A stretch of 64,000 bases of DNA. It comes from Mobula hypostoma. Taxonomy: Eukaryota. Where the stretch lies: assembly GCF_963921235.1 (NCBI RefSeq), contig NC_086097.1, positions 53,880,001-53,944,000 on the forward strand. Direction: 5' to 3'. Below the pieces are notes generated by a model, which saw only the letters and a program-made list of their open reading frames with translations, had not been told where the DNA came from and did no database searches. Shown one piece after another: positions 63,780 through 64,000 of the stretch; within the stretch, counting starts at the first letter, position 1; every line of letters begins with the position of its first letter. The translations under genes and the position numbers were made by a program.

Positions 63780-63930
63780 GACATTGATCTGGATATAAAT
63801 GAAACTCCTAGAGAACATGGCTTCACAGCCAAGCTGCGCTTCTAGCCGGCAACTTGAAGAATGACGTCACTGCTCTCATCTACAAGCAAAAGGGGGAAAA
63901 GATCAGAAATTGACGGTCCATCTGACTGTT
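63780..63930 (+). mobile_element. Tx1/L1-clade RT remnant
   Basis: TALIYKQKGEK...RN*RSI*L resembles ITLIYKxKGE...NWRPISL. Confidence 0.45.
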
Positions 63931-64000
63931 TCATCACTTTGTCCATGCTCATCACTAAATGATTTAACTCTGCTCTGTGTCACATAATTCATGCACATCA

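Noticed and set aside
1..64000. CRISPR arrays, rRNA or prokaryotic operons
   Set aside because: None seen; the sequence is eukaryotic repeat-rich DNA

Overview
This window is vertebrate nuclear DNA that looks intronic or intergenic. The mix of CR1/HER1-type LINEs, Rex1/Babar LINEs, V-SINE/Deu-SINE-type SINEs and many Penelope fragments suggests a cartilaginous fish, probably a ray or shark; that assignment is inference. I recognised no host protein-coding exon, and every ORF I could identify is retroelement-derived. The window is a dense, often nested graveyard of retroelements. It holds four long CR1 copies, about 15 Rex/Babar pieces, about 12 Penelope-like element (PLE) fragments, two solo LTRs, several SINEs, two tiny MITEs and one HERO/R2-group fragment. 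Three signals stand out. (1) A recurrent minimal type-I hammerhead ribozyme motif (stem-CTGANGA-AGGGT..CCY-GAAACGTY-stem) lies in the PLE pseudo-LTRs. There are about 10 recognisable copies, some with intact catalytic cores and with compensatory stem-I variation. Several sit in inverted or pLTR-only insertions flanked by 10-15 bp TSDs. (2) A compact, multi-stem, possibly pseudoknotted RNA straddles the end of the HERO-like ORF at 11315-11429. (3) A young, multiply internally deleted Rex1 derivative at 41917-42744 sits in a three-level nest. All family names come from motif recognition by eye; no database search was run. Boundaries without a TSD are approximate.
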